Below, piece by piece: positions 35,301 through 46,188 of a stretch of DNA of 64,000 nt (the stretch's first letter is position 1; each line of letters begins with the position of its first letter). The translations under genes were made by a program, and so were the position numbers. The notes beneath the pieces were generated by a model, which saw only the letters and a program-made list of their open reading frames with translations, did no database searches and had not been told where the DNA came from. The stretch comes from Epithemia pelagica (taxonomy: Eukaryota; Protista; Bacillariophyta), in NCBI GenBank assembly GCA_946965045.2, contig OX337234.1, forward strand, positions 3,596,001-3,660,000, written 5' to 3'.

Positions 35301-35783
35301 GAAGAGCATCAAGACGACGCAAACAAAGAAGATGACGATGATCCAATGTTGAGTGATGAGGAGGAAGAGCTGCCGCCACCACCAGCTCCAACAGTGCAAC
35401 AGTCTTCTCCAACACGACCACAACGACCACCACCACAAACACAACAGCAACCTGCTCCCAAATCGCCACCAAGAACAGCAATACAACCGGCCCCCAGACC
35501 AATCACCATGCCACAACCACAAATGCCATCACTTCCACCATTGCTTCCGCCAAATACGCCGCTTGCTAGTGTTCATCACTTTCAGCAACAGCTGCTGCAG
35601 CAAGCGGCGTATCACTCGTCCTACCTTGGTTGCCAACCGGTCCATCAACAACCAACACATCCACAACCGACTCAAAATTGTTGCATCCGCAATATTCAGT
35701 ATTGGCGGAGGCCCAATCGTCGGGGCATCCCACCCCATGACAAATCTTGTTCCAACCATCCCAGTAATGCATCGTACCCTTAA
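32341..35783 (+). CDS. Mutator-like/DUF6729-type DDE transposase, split by one frameshift at the A7 run 34675-34681
   Basis: Zn ribbons CTIC..H..C and CPKC...CKEC; motifs QDHTF, IYSDT, LGLFHFLQR in ORF1 and RGESKLESWH in ORF2. Adding one A joins the ORFs as ENCKKKAEFLADP. Superfamily is uncertain and ends were not found. Confidence 0.7.
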
Positions 35784-36409
35784 AACACAACAACAACATC
35801 GGTTAGAGAGCAGCAAAAATCAACACAGCAGCAACAGCCAACAGTCGCGACTTACCATGGAGGCCAGACACTTTAAGACAAAGATTCAAGAGATATAACA
35901 ACAACAACGACGACAACAACAACAGTAGTGAGAAAACCATCGATCAGAAAATAATGAACTAACAAAAACTGTGCAAAACTTCTCGTCCATGCCGTAGCTA
36001 TGATTGCGCGATATACTGGAAACAATGTATGCCAATATCTTCGCACAGGCAATACAATCAGAGATCAAAGGCATATGTGAGGCTGACGATGTTTTGTATA
36101 GGTAAAAGACACACGGTGTCAGCACTTACCGTAGCCAGATACGTAGAACGACCGTAGGGAACTGCCAAATCCCCCTCCACCGGGACATTGGAGCAACACG
36201 TAGTCACCACACATCCCACACAGACCAGAAGCAGTGACAAATGGACCAACCAATGAGATCATATTATGATGGTGGCAATCGCACGTTCGTAGCAAAGGGA
36301 ATCTTACCACTAATTCTTCCTCTTTTTTCTTTTTTCCTTCTTCTTCTTCTTTTTTCTCTTCCTTTCTTTCCCCTCCTCTTCTGCGACTTCCCCCTATAAA
36401 GTCGTAATA

Positions 36410-36990
36410 GAGAAGATCGATCGCATCAGTCTTAGCTTACGGACTCTTACTTACTGGAAGACACTGTGCGTTAGATAGATGTCGACGTAGTTTACAAGCA
36501 CGCTGTAGACAGGTGCACAGATGGTGGCACCCCAGGCTCCCCTGTCACCATCATTCTCATTATCTCATGGTCATCAAGATCACGGAAGATCTATCGACCG
36601 ATGAGGAAGGTACCACTACAACAAGAGCAAGTACCAGCACTAGTTCTCGAAAGAGCGACCGAACGGCTCTTCTTTCACCAGCCATGGTCCGAGGCATGTT
36701 GCCCACCTTGCGAGCTCGTTTTCCACAATATGGTCACGATATAATCTTGCAATGTGTCCCCCGGCGGGAGTCGGCGGTCTTTCAGCCCGCAATTGGTGAT
36801 GTAACAGGATTCAGATTACGACAGGAATGAGAAAAGATTACTCGTCCCACCACGGGAATACAATCAGAGCCTGTAGTAGAAGTCCGACATGATAAGTTCT
36901 CGACGCAAGCAACGAGAAGAATTCAACAGTCCCAATAAACAGTCGGAGCTATTTGTTCGCGAACATGAAGGCCTTCAAGCCGGACATGGT
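36410..36990 (+). pseudogene. Internally deleted relic of the 16721-18301 CRAL-TRIO/bZIP gene
   Basis: Matches the 5' part (gatcgatcgcatca, ggctcccctg.caccatcattctcat, tcaccagccatggtcc) and then jumps to the bZIP part (tccgacatg...agttctcgacg...acgagaagaattcaa). Confidence 0.85.
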
Positions 36991-37479
36991 GGATTTCACC
37001 TAAGATATGGTTGAAGGTAGATGACCAAAGTTGCCACACGAAGGACTTGTCTCGAGGCGTACAAAGTCGATCGAATACACCGCTCTGAGCTCGTTGAGAA
37101 TACATTTTTGCCCACGAGAGTGTCTTTCTACTTAAATGTCAGAGCAAGATACGTTTTTCCTTGAGGAATCTTGCACGGCATCCGTGGCACTTTCACTGCA
37201 TCTTCTTGCAGTAACAGCTTTGTAATTCCAGCAGAGTCAAACCGCAAGCACCACAAAGACTAAAAGTGATGGCAATTCCAACCTGCCTTGTTGCCGGAAC
37301 TCTTGGCTCGCACGGACTTTTTGGGTCTTCCTCTGCCGGAACCAACATTCGCCATTATTTCCCCTCCATATTGGTGAGGCGGCCAGACCAAATTTGGTCG
37401 CGTGTACTGGACACGTGCTAGGGAGAGCTTGCTCTCAAACAGGGTGGCTTTGCCAGCTCTCCAACTGCCAGCAAGCGGC

Positions 37480-38470
37480 CCTGCGTGGATGACGGTTGGT
37501 TGTTTCATAATGCCGGACAAGCACACAACACACAATCCTTTTCTCTTGCCAAAGCACATCGCATTAATGGCATTCCAGGTGAGCTTAATCCATTGCGGAT
37601 TGCCATGACAATTACATTGCTCATGCTCACTCACACTTGTCGCTTTTGCTTGCTCTGCTCATTGGACGAGAGTCTGCTCATCTGCTGTGTCTCTGGCTCA
37701 GCAGCTCATTACTTGCCATTGTTCATTTCTGTTGAAATGAGACCCATAACTTTCATTGCATTTATCCACAGACTATAAACCTTCTTTTCTTTATTTCCTA
37801 GAAATAGAACTCAAGTGCTAGCCATCTATAGAGTTTAGTGCCTTCTGTTTTCGTGTTGTACATCTGTTTTCTGTTTGGAGCACGTCAATGACCCTCAGTT
37901 GCACCATGAACACATGACAGAGCAGCTCTTACAAGCTTGTACAGCTACAAATTGAATCATTCGCTGTTTGACTCTCGATCTAGGAGCTGATAATTAGAAA
38001 GTAGGGTGTGGGAGGAGCAAGATGGAGCCATCTACTTGAAGCAAAAACAACAAAATGTTTGGTCGTTGAGAAATGATTGAGAATGATGCTACAATATGAA
38101 TAGTGAATCATCTATCCTACAGAAGACATGAAAGTAACAAACCAGCCAACAATCAAACAACAAAAGAATTACAAGAAGGGGAAAGGAAAAGATATTCCAC
38201 TCGACCATAAGCAGCTTATACCTAGTCTACTCGTACAACATGAGACAAAACCAAAGGATCATGCATGAACAAAAGGAAAGATTGCAGCAGTGATGAGTAA
38301 GAAGAAAGAAAAGGAGACAACAAGATTAGAAATAAGCAGCAGTAGTGAGAAGTTAGAAGTGATTCAGCCCAGCATGATCCGTCCATGGTTCTTACCTCAC
38401 GTCATGGTCAAGCATTTGCCAGGGTTTTGGGTTTTGTGACAGACGAGAGCGAGAGGGTTGTCCAAATTTA
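37480..38470 (-). repeat. Diverged inverted copy of the interior (about 15255-16260) of the 15062-16446 TIR element
   Basis: Collinear blocks on the reverse strand (gtcacaaaa, ttgaccatgac, tgcatgatcc, tacaagcttgt, aatgaacaatggcaagtaatgagctgc, caaccaaccgtcatccac). The TIRs are absent. Confidence 0.85.
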
Positions 38471-38882
38471 TGAGCATTCGTCTCAAACAAGGACGCAAGC
38501 CGACCTTGATGTAACGGTGTTGGCAATTAGGGATACTTAAAGCTACCTGAAGCAGTGGCGGGCGACATTGAAAACAGGATAGGGTTGGGGATTTGTCTGG
38601 CCGTCTCACCAATATGGAGGGGAAATAATGGCGAATGTTTTGTGGATCAATGTCTTGGATGTAAAACGCACGAATACAGAATACATCATTGAATGTTGAA
38701 TTTTTGGAAAAACACAGAGGGCGCCGATCTCCGGAAGTTATAAGTTTTTCTTGGGGGGTCGCCCCTCGCCACGCGCAACTCGCAACTCGCAACAGTCGTC
38801 TGAAATTATTAGTACAAGGAATAAGAAAATAAAATAATAATAAAAGCGACAAGGTCGTTTCTGTGCAATTCCTGGTTATATT

Positions 38883-39583
38883 GGGTCTTTACTGAAATGT
38901 TTTTATCATAAACACAACATAAAACATAAACACAAAGTTTTTGCCTCGTTATGTTATGTTTATGTTTATGACTGCTCATGCCACTGAAACTCTTTGAAAC
39001 ATAAAACATAATAGCGAAACATAAAACATAGCAGCGGGAACACAAAAATTCTCCAAAGTTTCCCCCCACCTCAATCCGACGCATCTCTATGCTTTTGCCT
39101 TGCTTTTCTTTGGCATCAAAAAAGAGGTGCTGGTGTGATGGTCAAGCTTGATGATTCTTCTTCTTTCTTCCTTCTTCCTTCTTCTTTCTTCTTTCTCCTT
39201 TCTTCCTTCTTCCTTCTTCCTTCTTCCTTCTTCCTTCTTCTTTCTTCCTTCTTCCTTCTTCCTTCCTCATCAAGCTTTGAGCGGAAGTGACATACCCAGC
39301 GTACCAGTGTAACCAGAGAGTCCCATGAATCTGGTGGGGAACTCGTGTCAATTTTCATGCGCATGCCCGGTGTTGGGCATGCGTTCAGAAATTTTCGGAT
39401 GTGTTTTGTGTTATGTTTGAACACAACGGTTATGAGGCATGAATTCATGCCTCATAACCAAGCGACGAATCATAAACTTAAACATAACCAATAGGTTATG
39501 AGCGGGTTATGAGCCCTACAAAAATTTGCGTTGTGTTTATGTTTTATGTTATGTTTATGATAAAAACATTTCAGTAAGGACCC
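38883..39583. mobile_element. 701-bp MITE, PIF/Harbinger-like, with 53-bp TIRs and ATT TSD
   Basis: gggtctttactgaaatg... (38883-38935) versus 39531-39583, 2 mismatches. ATT flanks at 38880-38882 and 39584-39586. Internal CTT-type microsatellite. Confidence 0.9.
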
Positions 39584-40038
39584 ATTCTCTATTGTCTAGT
39601 ATCATTTCTTGTTTTGTCAGCAAGGAAATAATAAATATTAATATTCGACTTACCTTAATCTTATAGTCTAGATATTGTCTATCGTGGATGGTGGATGGTG
39701 GTTGGTGGTTGGTGATTGGTGGTTGGTGGTTGGTGGTCCAAGGTCCAAGGTACGTCGTGGTCTATACTGGATTCTGAATACTATGAGAAAAAGAAAATTG
39801 CGCCAAAGCCGACGTGTTTTTATTTTGACGACTGGATCGTGCCAGTCGCGTGTCGCATTGTGCTCATCCAAGCGAACCCAAATGACAAATGACTTTCATG
39901 GTGAGCGATCAGCGCTGATCGGGTTCGCGTCGCCAACCCAAAGAAGAGAGAAGACGCAAAACGCTAAATTCTATAATTCTTGGAAATTTTGAACCATAAC
40001 AAGTCAGCGGAGTACGGAACGATTCACCAGACAAGACG

Positions 40039-42270
40039 ATGAACAACAACAGGTGGGATGGAAGATTAAGTTTATATCTTCATGGTAACGACAATACAGA
40101 TCCACAGCAAGAGTCAAATGAGGCAAATGGGCTATCAAGGCCTTCCACCGCGCCCTTGCATCCATCGTTGGCTGCACAGTTGTCTACCTATCCGTATACT
40201 TCCCCCGATTTGAGTTTTGTCGGACGTAGAAGGGTTGCAGAGGCCCTTTCAAGACAATCTGGACAAGGGGCTACCTCTGTTTCTCCATCCTTGCCACGTT
40301 CAGCAACTTCAGCTGCGTCGCTATACGGAACTGTAGCTCCTTCTTTAGCTGCCGCTGGTCTTCCCATTGCCGCAGCACAAGCCGTCTCGCCTGTTCGTTC
40401 TTCAGCTGTGGCTGCATCACTTTCTGGTGGTGTTCTAGCTCCAACGGCAGCTGTCGGTCGTCCTGCTGTTCCGATCAATCCCTCAGTGGCTCCGTCGAAC
40501 CATCCTCGTGGTCTGGATTCGACGACAGTCCAGGTCAGCCCGCGTGACCTCGAAGATCTGCATCAACTGCCAGCCTTGAGAGAACGTGTCCGTCGCCACA
40601 CAGAAGATGTGATTGCATGTTTGCCACAGCATCTAACAGGAGCGTACAGGGAAGCCATGAGACGAGCCCCCGATCTGGTACGAACCGAGACGGATCCTCT
40701 CCAGTTTATCCGATACTGCAACTACAACATGGTGGAGGGAGCGAAGCGGCTGTGCTCCTATTGGACGGAACGATTGGCCTTGTTTGGACCACAAAGGGCG
40801 TTTTTGCCTCTAACACTCACAGGAACGGGAGCTCTGACACCGGAAGATTTGATATCACTTCGAGCCGGTTTCCCAGTCCTCTTGCCATTGACAGCACATT
40901 CCAGTAAACAGTTTTGCTTGTTGCTGGATCGGCGAAAACGAGTTGCCGGCACAAGCTTCGAGCAAATCTTTCGATGTTTCTTTTACATGTTCAAGCTTGT
41001 GGCGGAAGACACGTTGACGCAGCTGGATGGAGCCTATTGCTTCATCGTTTCGATTACACCTCGAACGGAAGATCACAACAACAATTTGATACAAGGCCTG
41101 GCTTCGTTGACAACGCGAATCTTCCCAGTCAAACTCAAGTTTCATCTACTGAGTCTACCAAATCAAATGAGGCAAACCGTGGCTGCCGAACTGGTCGAGT
41201 CATTGACAGCTTTGTTGAAACGGCACTTTCGTGTGGGAGGACAAGATCCAGCTGTCCAAACATATGTGGAACGAGAACCGGGAGATATCTTGGAAAGCTT
41301 AAAGAAGATTGGCTTTTCACCTCAGGGGATTCCCTACTTTGTGGGTGGCGAATGGAAGTTTGAGGACTTTTCGGATTGGTGCAAAGAGCGTGTGGAAATG
41401 GAAAAGACACGATACAAGAATCGATTGCTGAAAGATGCTCCGGGTATTACAGACTGGAGCAAGTTCAATCGAACCAATGTTGCCTTGCCATCGTCCTCCT
41501 CACCCTCGAGCACTTTGCTGCCTGGAGGATCCAGCAGCAGTACCATCCTTTCCCCTAATACCATAACTTCCACAACAGGTAAAACTCCTCGTCCTCATTT
41601 GCATAATGATGATACTACTAGTCCTCATCCAGCAATCAATGCTACTGTTCCTCTTTGTGGTACTGTCGTTCCTCCTACAGGTGGTCTGAGAGCTACCCTT
41701 GCTGCGCAATCAGCAGGACATGCAACGCATACGAACCTCCAACAGCAAAGGATGGGCCATGGAACTTCTATCTCTGGACCAGCAGTGGCTGCACCAGCAG
41801 CGGCTGCCGTGGCAATGTCCGACCATGGCCCCAGAACCGTGGCAGCAGCCAAAGCCGCCAGTACTCCTCCTCGAAGAAAGGCAGCCCCGACCAAGAAGGC
41901 TGCGGCAGAGGATGCTGATCTCACAGAAGAAGAGGCAGCTTTGGCACAACAGCGAAAACGAGAAGAACGAGTGGCAAAACGCAAAATGGCTGACATGTTA
42001 TATTCCCGTCGCAAGAGAGAACGGGAGTACATTATGGTCCAGCAGCTCAAGGAACAATCATCCGCTCTTCGAAGGGAGCAGCAAACATTGCGGAGTGTAC
42101 AAGAACGACTGACAGCCTTGTTGGCCGAAGCGGAAGCTTGCGTTGCTCACCAGCGCTCCTCAACTATACCTAATCGTATGGAGGATGACGATGAGACTGA
42201 GGATGACGATAGCACAGAGGATTTGTCGAGATTTTCGCCTCACGACGATAAGCTGGAGCTACGAACGTAA
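40039..42270 (+). CDS. CRAL-TRIO/Sec14-like + atypical bZIP protein (paralog 2), 743 aa
   Basis: DPLQFIRY..GAKRLCSYWTERLALFG, FPVKLKFHLL and GIPYFVGGEW motifs; KMADMLYSRRKRER followed by a Leu heptad. Confidence 0.88.
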   Translation: MNNNRWDGRLSLYLHGNDNTDPQQESNEANGLSRPSTAPLHPSLAAQLSTYPYTSPDLSFVGRRRVAEALSRQSGQGATSVSPSLPRSATSAASLYGTVAPSLAAAGLPIAAAQAVSPVRSSAVAASLSGGVLAPTAAVGRPAVPINPSVAPSNHPRGLDSTTVQVSPRDLEDLHQLPALRERVRRHTEDVIACLPQHLTGAYREAMRRAPDLVRTETDPLQFIRYCNYNMVEGAKRLCSYWTERLALFGPQRAFLPLTLTGTGALTPEDLISLRAGFPVLLPLTAHSSKQFCLLLDRRKRVAGTSFEQIFRCFFYMFKLVAEDTLTQLDGAYCFIVSITPRTEDHNNNLIQGLASLTTRIFPVKLKFHLLSLPNQMRQTVAAELVESLTALLKRHFRVGGQDPAVQTYVEREPGDILESLKKIGFSPQGIPYFVGGEWKFEDFSDWCKERVEMEKTRYKNRLLKDAPGITDWSKFNRTNVALPSSSSPSSTLLPGGSSSSTILSPNTITSTTGKTPRPHLHNDDTTSPHPAINATVPLCGTVVPPTGGLRATLAAQSAGHATHTNLQQQRMGHGTSISGPAVAAPAAAAVAMSDHGPRTVAAAKAASTPPRRKAAPTKKAAAEDADLTEEEAALAQQRKREERVAKRKMADMLYSRRKREREYIMVQQLKEQSSALRREQQTLRSVQERLTALLAEAEACVAHQRSSTIPNRMEDDDETEDDDSTEDLSRFSPHDDKLELRT

Positions 42271-43163
42271 GAGCATAGTATGATAGGCGTAATAGGACTT
42301 CCTACTAGTACTTTGAGTTGCGTTCGTCAAACCTATGAACCACAGGTGGGGAACCTCTGACTTGGACCCTTGACGTGGTTCCAATGCGTGGAAGGCACCT
42401 ACTATGAAAACTCTTGCTAGGAATAGAGATTTCATAGTGAGGGCAACATTAGATCAGAAATCAGAACATCCAACAAAAGCGCTCTACAGGCAACATGCGA
42501 TGTAACGACAGTATTTCCATCTCATATTGCGTGAGGCATTCATCAAATGATCGTATCACAAAGAAGCGAACTACTCCTAGGAGTACCCAAACAACATTGT
42601 CAGGTTCGATAGCTACTAGCTACCACCTCGATGCGTTATAGCGTTTAGCGTATCTTTTTGAAGAACGCCAGCAAGTAGCAGAATTCGCAATTCTTCATGT
42701 TAAATCTATTTTGTTCATTTTAACCGTACCATAACGTCTTTGTCCTAGATCACGGACATCGTTTGCTTTGCACGCCATTTTTTCAGCCGTTCACATGCGA
42801 TTTTGCAAAAACGAGAGAGCCGGTCCAAAAATTTGGGAGTTTCTTCTACTGTTGTAGACTCGCAATACACTCGTCCCACTCGAAGCACTCCCCTTTGTCT
42901 CGATAGGATGACGGGCTAGAAGGCCTGTCGACAATTGCTTGCAAGGCCCTGTAGGCCCTAGGTGGCAGTGGCCTTGTACTCGTAAAGGGCGCTCTATGCC
43001 AATCTGGTTCGCCATAAACAGCAGGCAGTTCCGGAGTGATGACAGAATGGCCTCAAACCAGCCTCTCTTTATCATGATTGAGAACTTAAAAGTTCCCATA
43101 AGGAGGGAATTTTGTGCCTGAATGTTCGTTGTGGTTGAGGCATTGAGACTACAAAGAAGAACC

Positions 43164-44715
43164 ATGATTATCTCGACAACCCTCCGACTCTTGCTTGCTG
43201 CTGTTCTATACTGCAGCTCCAGTTCAGTGAATGCACAGTACTCCAGTGACCAAGGTAAGTCTTGAGCTCAAGATGCTTCTCGTTGTTTCCAGGCAGCCTC
43301 ATGTTGCTGTAATCTTTCTGTCATTCTCTCATTCTCACTTGAATCTCACAGGAGAATATGCATGGGTACAAAAGGGACAGGATCTGTATGGCAACCAGCC
43401 GTTCATCGAGAATGGCTTTCCGCCATTTTTTGGATTGCTTCTGGACTACTCTGCCGATGGAAACATAATCGCGGCGTCCTCCTTTGCCCGTGACGTGGAC
43501 CCAGAGACTCAAGGGGCCGGTCGACTGGAAATGTTTGAGTACAACGATGCCAAAGAGTTGTGGGAACCACTTGGCAGTCCCATTGATGGGACCGTGTTTC
43601 AGTTTTTTGGACGACCGGTAGCCTTGGCGGGCAAGGCCTTGCGTGTGGCGTCCGGATCGGCCAGTTCCTTGACCGACATTAATGTGTTTGAATACGATCG
43701 ACATGTAAAGGACTGGGTCGAAATGAGCGATCCCATTGAAACGAAAATGTCCAATGACTTTGGAATGGGTTTGGCTCTTTCGGAATATGGGGACATTGTG
43801 GCCTTTGGCCAACCGGAAGGCAATAATGATACGCAGTTGGTCCGCGTGTTACACTACGACCGTTCATCCCGTCAATGGATGCCCCTGGGGAAGGATATTG
43901 TGGGAGACACTATAGGTGGTGACCGTTTTGGAATGGGGGTACGGCTTTCGGCCAATGGCAAGATTCTCGCGGCGGGATCGCAAAATGCCGAGAATGGCAA
44001 GGGCAAGGTTCAAGTGTATCGGTACAGTCGCAAGTATGGAGACTGGTTCCCCATGGGGTCGCCCGTGATTGGTACAGAGGACAGTGCCATTGGGAATGAT
44101 ATCAGTTTGAACGCCGAGGGCACTGTCCTGGCCGTTGCCTTTCCCCAAGGAGAAGGCGATGAAGAGAGTGGTGCGACGCTGGGCAATGGACTGGTACGAG
44201 TCTATTACTTTGACAATGACTATTATCATGATTGGGTTCAAGTGGGTTCCGACATTGTCAATACCATGGTGGGTGCTGGGTTTGACGGCGCCATGGACCT
44301 AAATGCCGTGGGTGATGTCATTGCGATTGGTTCCCCCTCGTACGAAACCGTGGGCATGGTGAATGTCTACCAGTATACGCTGTCCAAGGATGGTGGTGAC
44401 TGGGTCCAACTGGGACAAAATGCCGATCTGTTGGGAGATGCTCCTGGTGATGGGGCCGGATCGGCCACCGCCGTGGATGCCCGTGGCACGCAGGTGGCGT
44501 TGGGCATTGGGGGGAATGATGTCACCTGCAACGGGTGTGGAGCGGTTCAGATTTGGGAGTGGAAAAATCTGTCCGAGGGCAAAAAGAAGAAGAAGGAAAA
44601 GGACGACACGAGTGGCAAAAAGGATAGTGATGCAAAGGGCAAAAAGGAGAAAAAGGGAAAAGGCAAGAAGGATGACCATGGCAAGAAAGAATCCGACAAG
44701 GACTACCACTCGTAA
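43164..44715 (+). CDS. Secreted FG-GAP/integrin-alpha-like 7-bladed beta-propeller with Lys-rich tail; exons 43164-43254 and 43352-44715
   Basis: Signal peptide, a phase-1 intron, seven WxxxGxxI/LxG...FG...LSxxG..A repeats and a K/D-rich C-terminus. Confidence 0.85.
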
Positions 44716-44754
44716 AAGGGATCCTACAAAGTCCAAGTGGCCTCGTTGTGAATT

Positions 44755-45470
44755 CAGAGTGTCGTGAGCAAGAGAACCAAACCTATTATTTGTCATCATC
44801 CGTACCAGAACGAAATACAAATCCAAAATACAGTCTACAGCGTCCAGGTGACAAGAACCAAGCCTATTATTTGTCATAATCCATAACAGAACGAACTACC
44901 AGTCCAACCCACTGTCTGCAGCGTAAAGCAAGCTACTTTGACAGGTGTTGGGTATTTCTAGTTTTGGCAAGCTCCTTGATGCCAGAGTGTCGTGAGCAAG
45001 AGAACCAGGCCTATTCTTTGTCATCATCCATAACAAAAGAACGAAGTACAAATCCAACCCACAGTCTGCAGCGTCCAGCTGACATGAACCAAGCCTATTA
45101 TCATTTGTCATAATCCATAACAGAAGAACGAACTACAAGTCCAACCCACCGTCCTCAGCGTACAGCTAGCTACTTTGACAGGTGTTGGGTATTTCTAGTT
45201 TTGGTAAGCTCCTTGATGCCAGAGTGTCGTGAGCAAGACAACCAAGCCTATTCTTTGTCATCATCCATAACAGAAGAACGAAGTACAAATCCAACCCACA
45301 GTCTGCAGCGTCCAGCTGACATGAACCAAGCCTATTATCATTTGTCATAATCCATAACAAAAGAACGAACTACAAGTCCAACCCACCGTCTTCAGCGTAC
45401 AGCTAGCTACCTAACTAGAGACAGGTCTCGTGTTGCGTTGCGTATTTCTAGTTTTGACAAGCGCCTTGAC
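44755..45470. repeat. Higher-order tandem repeat, 3 units of about 228-237 bp, each with two ~70-bp subrepeats
   Basis: cagagtgtcgtgagcaag at 44755, 44983 and 45220; aaccaagcctatt...tttgtcat occurs twice per unit. Confidence 0.92.
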
Positions 45471-46188
45471 CGCAGGTACAATGAGAGAATCATTCGTCCG
45501 TCCTTGTCCGTTATTATTCTTCAAGGTCTGGAAGAAAACGCTTGTCGTGGATGGTTTCGATTGGATTCTCGGCTGCTTGTGTTTCTACACCTCTCTACTA
45601 CTCCTAGACGGTTGTTGTGGATCTATAGTCTTGGATCTCTGCGTTTTGAGGTACGATAGTGTGCATAGAATCGGTCCCAAACACTGGCATCAAACACCAA
45701 CGCAGACAGGACAGAAGTCGCGCCAACTCTGCGCGAGAAAACGACACTGCCGCGACATGACGTCACGAGCGAGGAGGTTCGCATCGTCGGCAACTCCTCG
45801 CCCTGCGCGACTTGCAAAAAGTTGCCATCCAACGTATCCCACAATGTCTTCCGAAGGCTTCGGGGTAACACACTTCTCTGATTTCAATAAAGACCCAAGC
45901 AGACACACGATTGATCCGGATGCCACCTTCCCTCCGGCCTTCCGAAACCGGCACCATCGTTTTACCGGATGAACAAACACGACAGCACGGGCGATGCAGA
46001 GAACCGTTATGTGTACAATTCTCAACCAGAGAAGCAAGACGCAGACACAGATCGTCGAGGAGGCGAACCATTGAACCTTGCTGGTTGAACTAGTTTCTGC
46101 CAGCTCAGTTATTCTTTCCACTGCACAAGATTCTCGAAGCACAAAAAAGAATAACATACAGGAGAAAACAAAACCAAACAAAACCAGC

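Noticed and set aside
15255-38470. The ~1-kb inverted pair as giant TIRs of a 23-kb element
   Set aside because: The copies are clearly diverged, the left one is the interior of its own TIR element, and no shared terminus or TSD was found.
37260-38852. ORFs 37260-37634 (GRGRPKK) and 38397-38852
   Set aside because: Short, within a decayed repeat, and with no recognisable domain beyond a chance AT-hook-like word.
43034-43102. Possible C/D snoRNA (GTGATGA ... CTGA)
   Set aside because: No terminal stem or recognisable guide; such boxes arise by chance.
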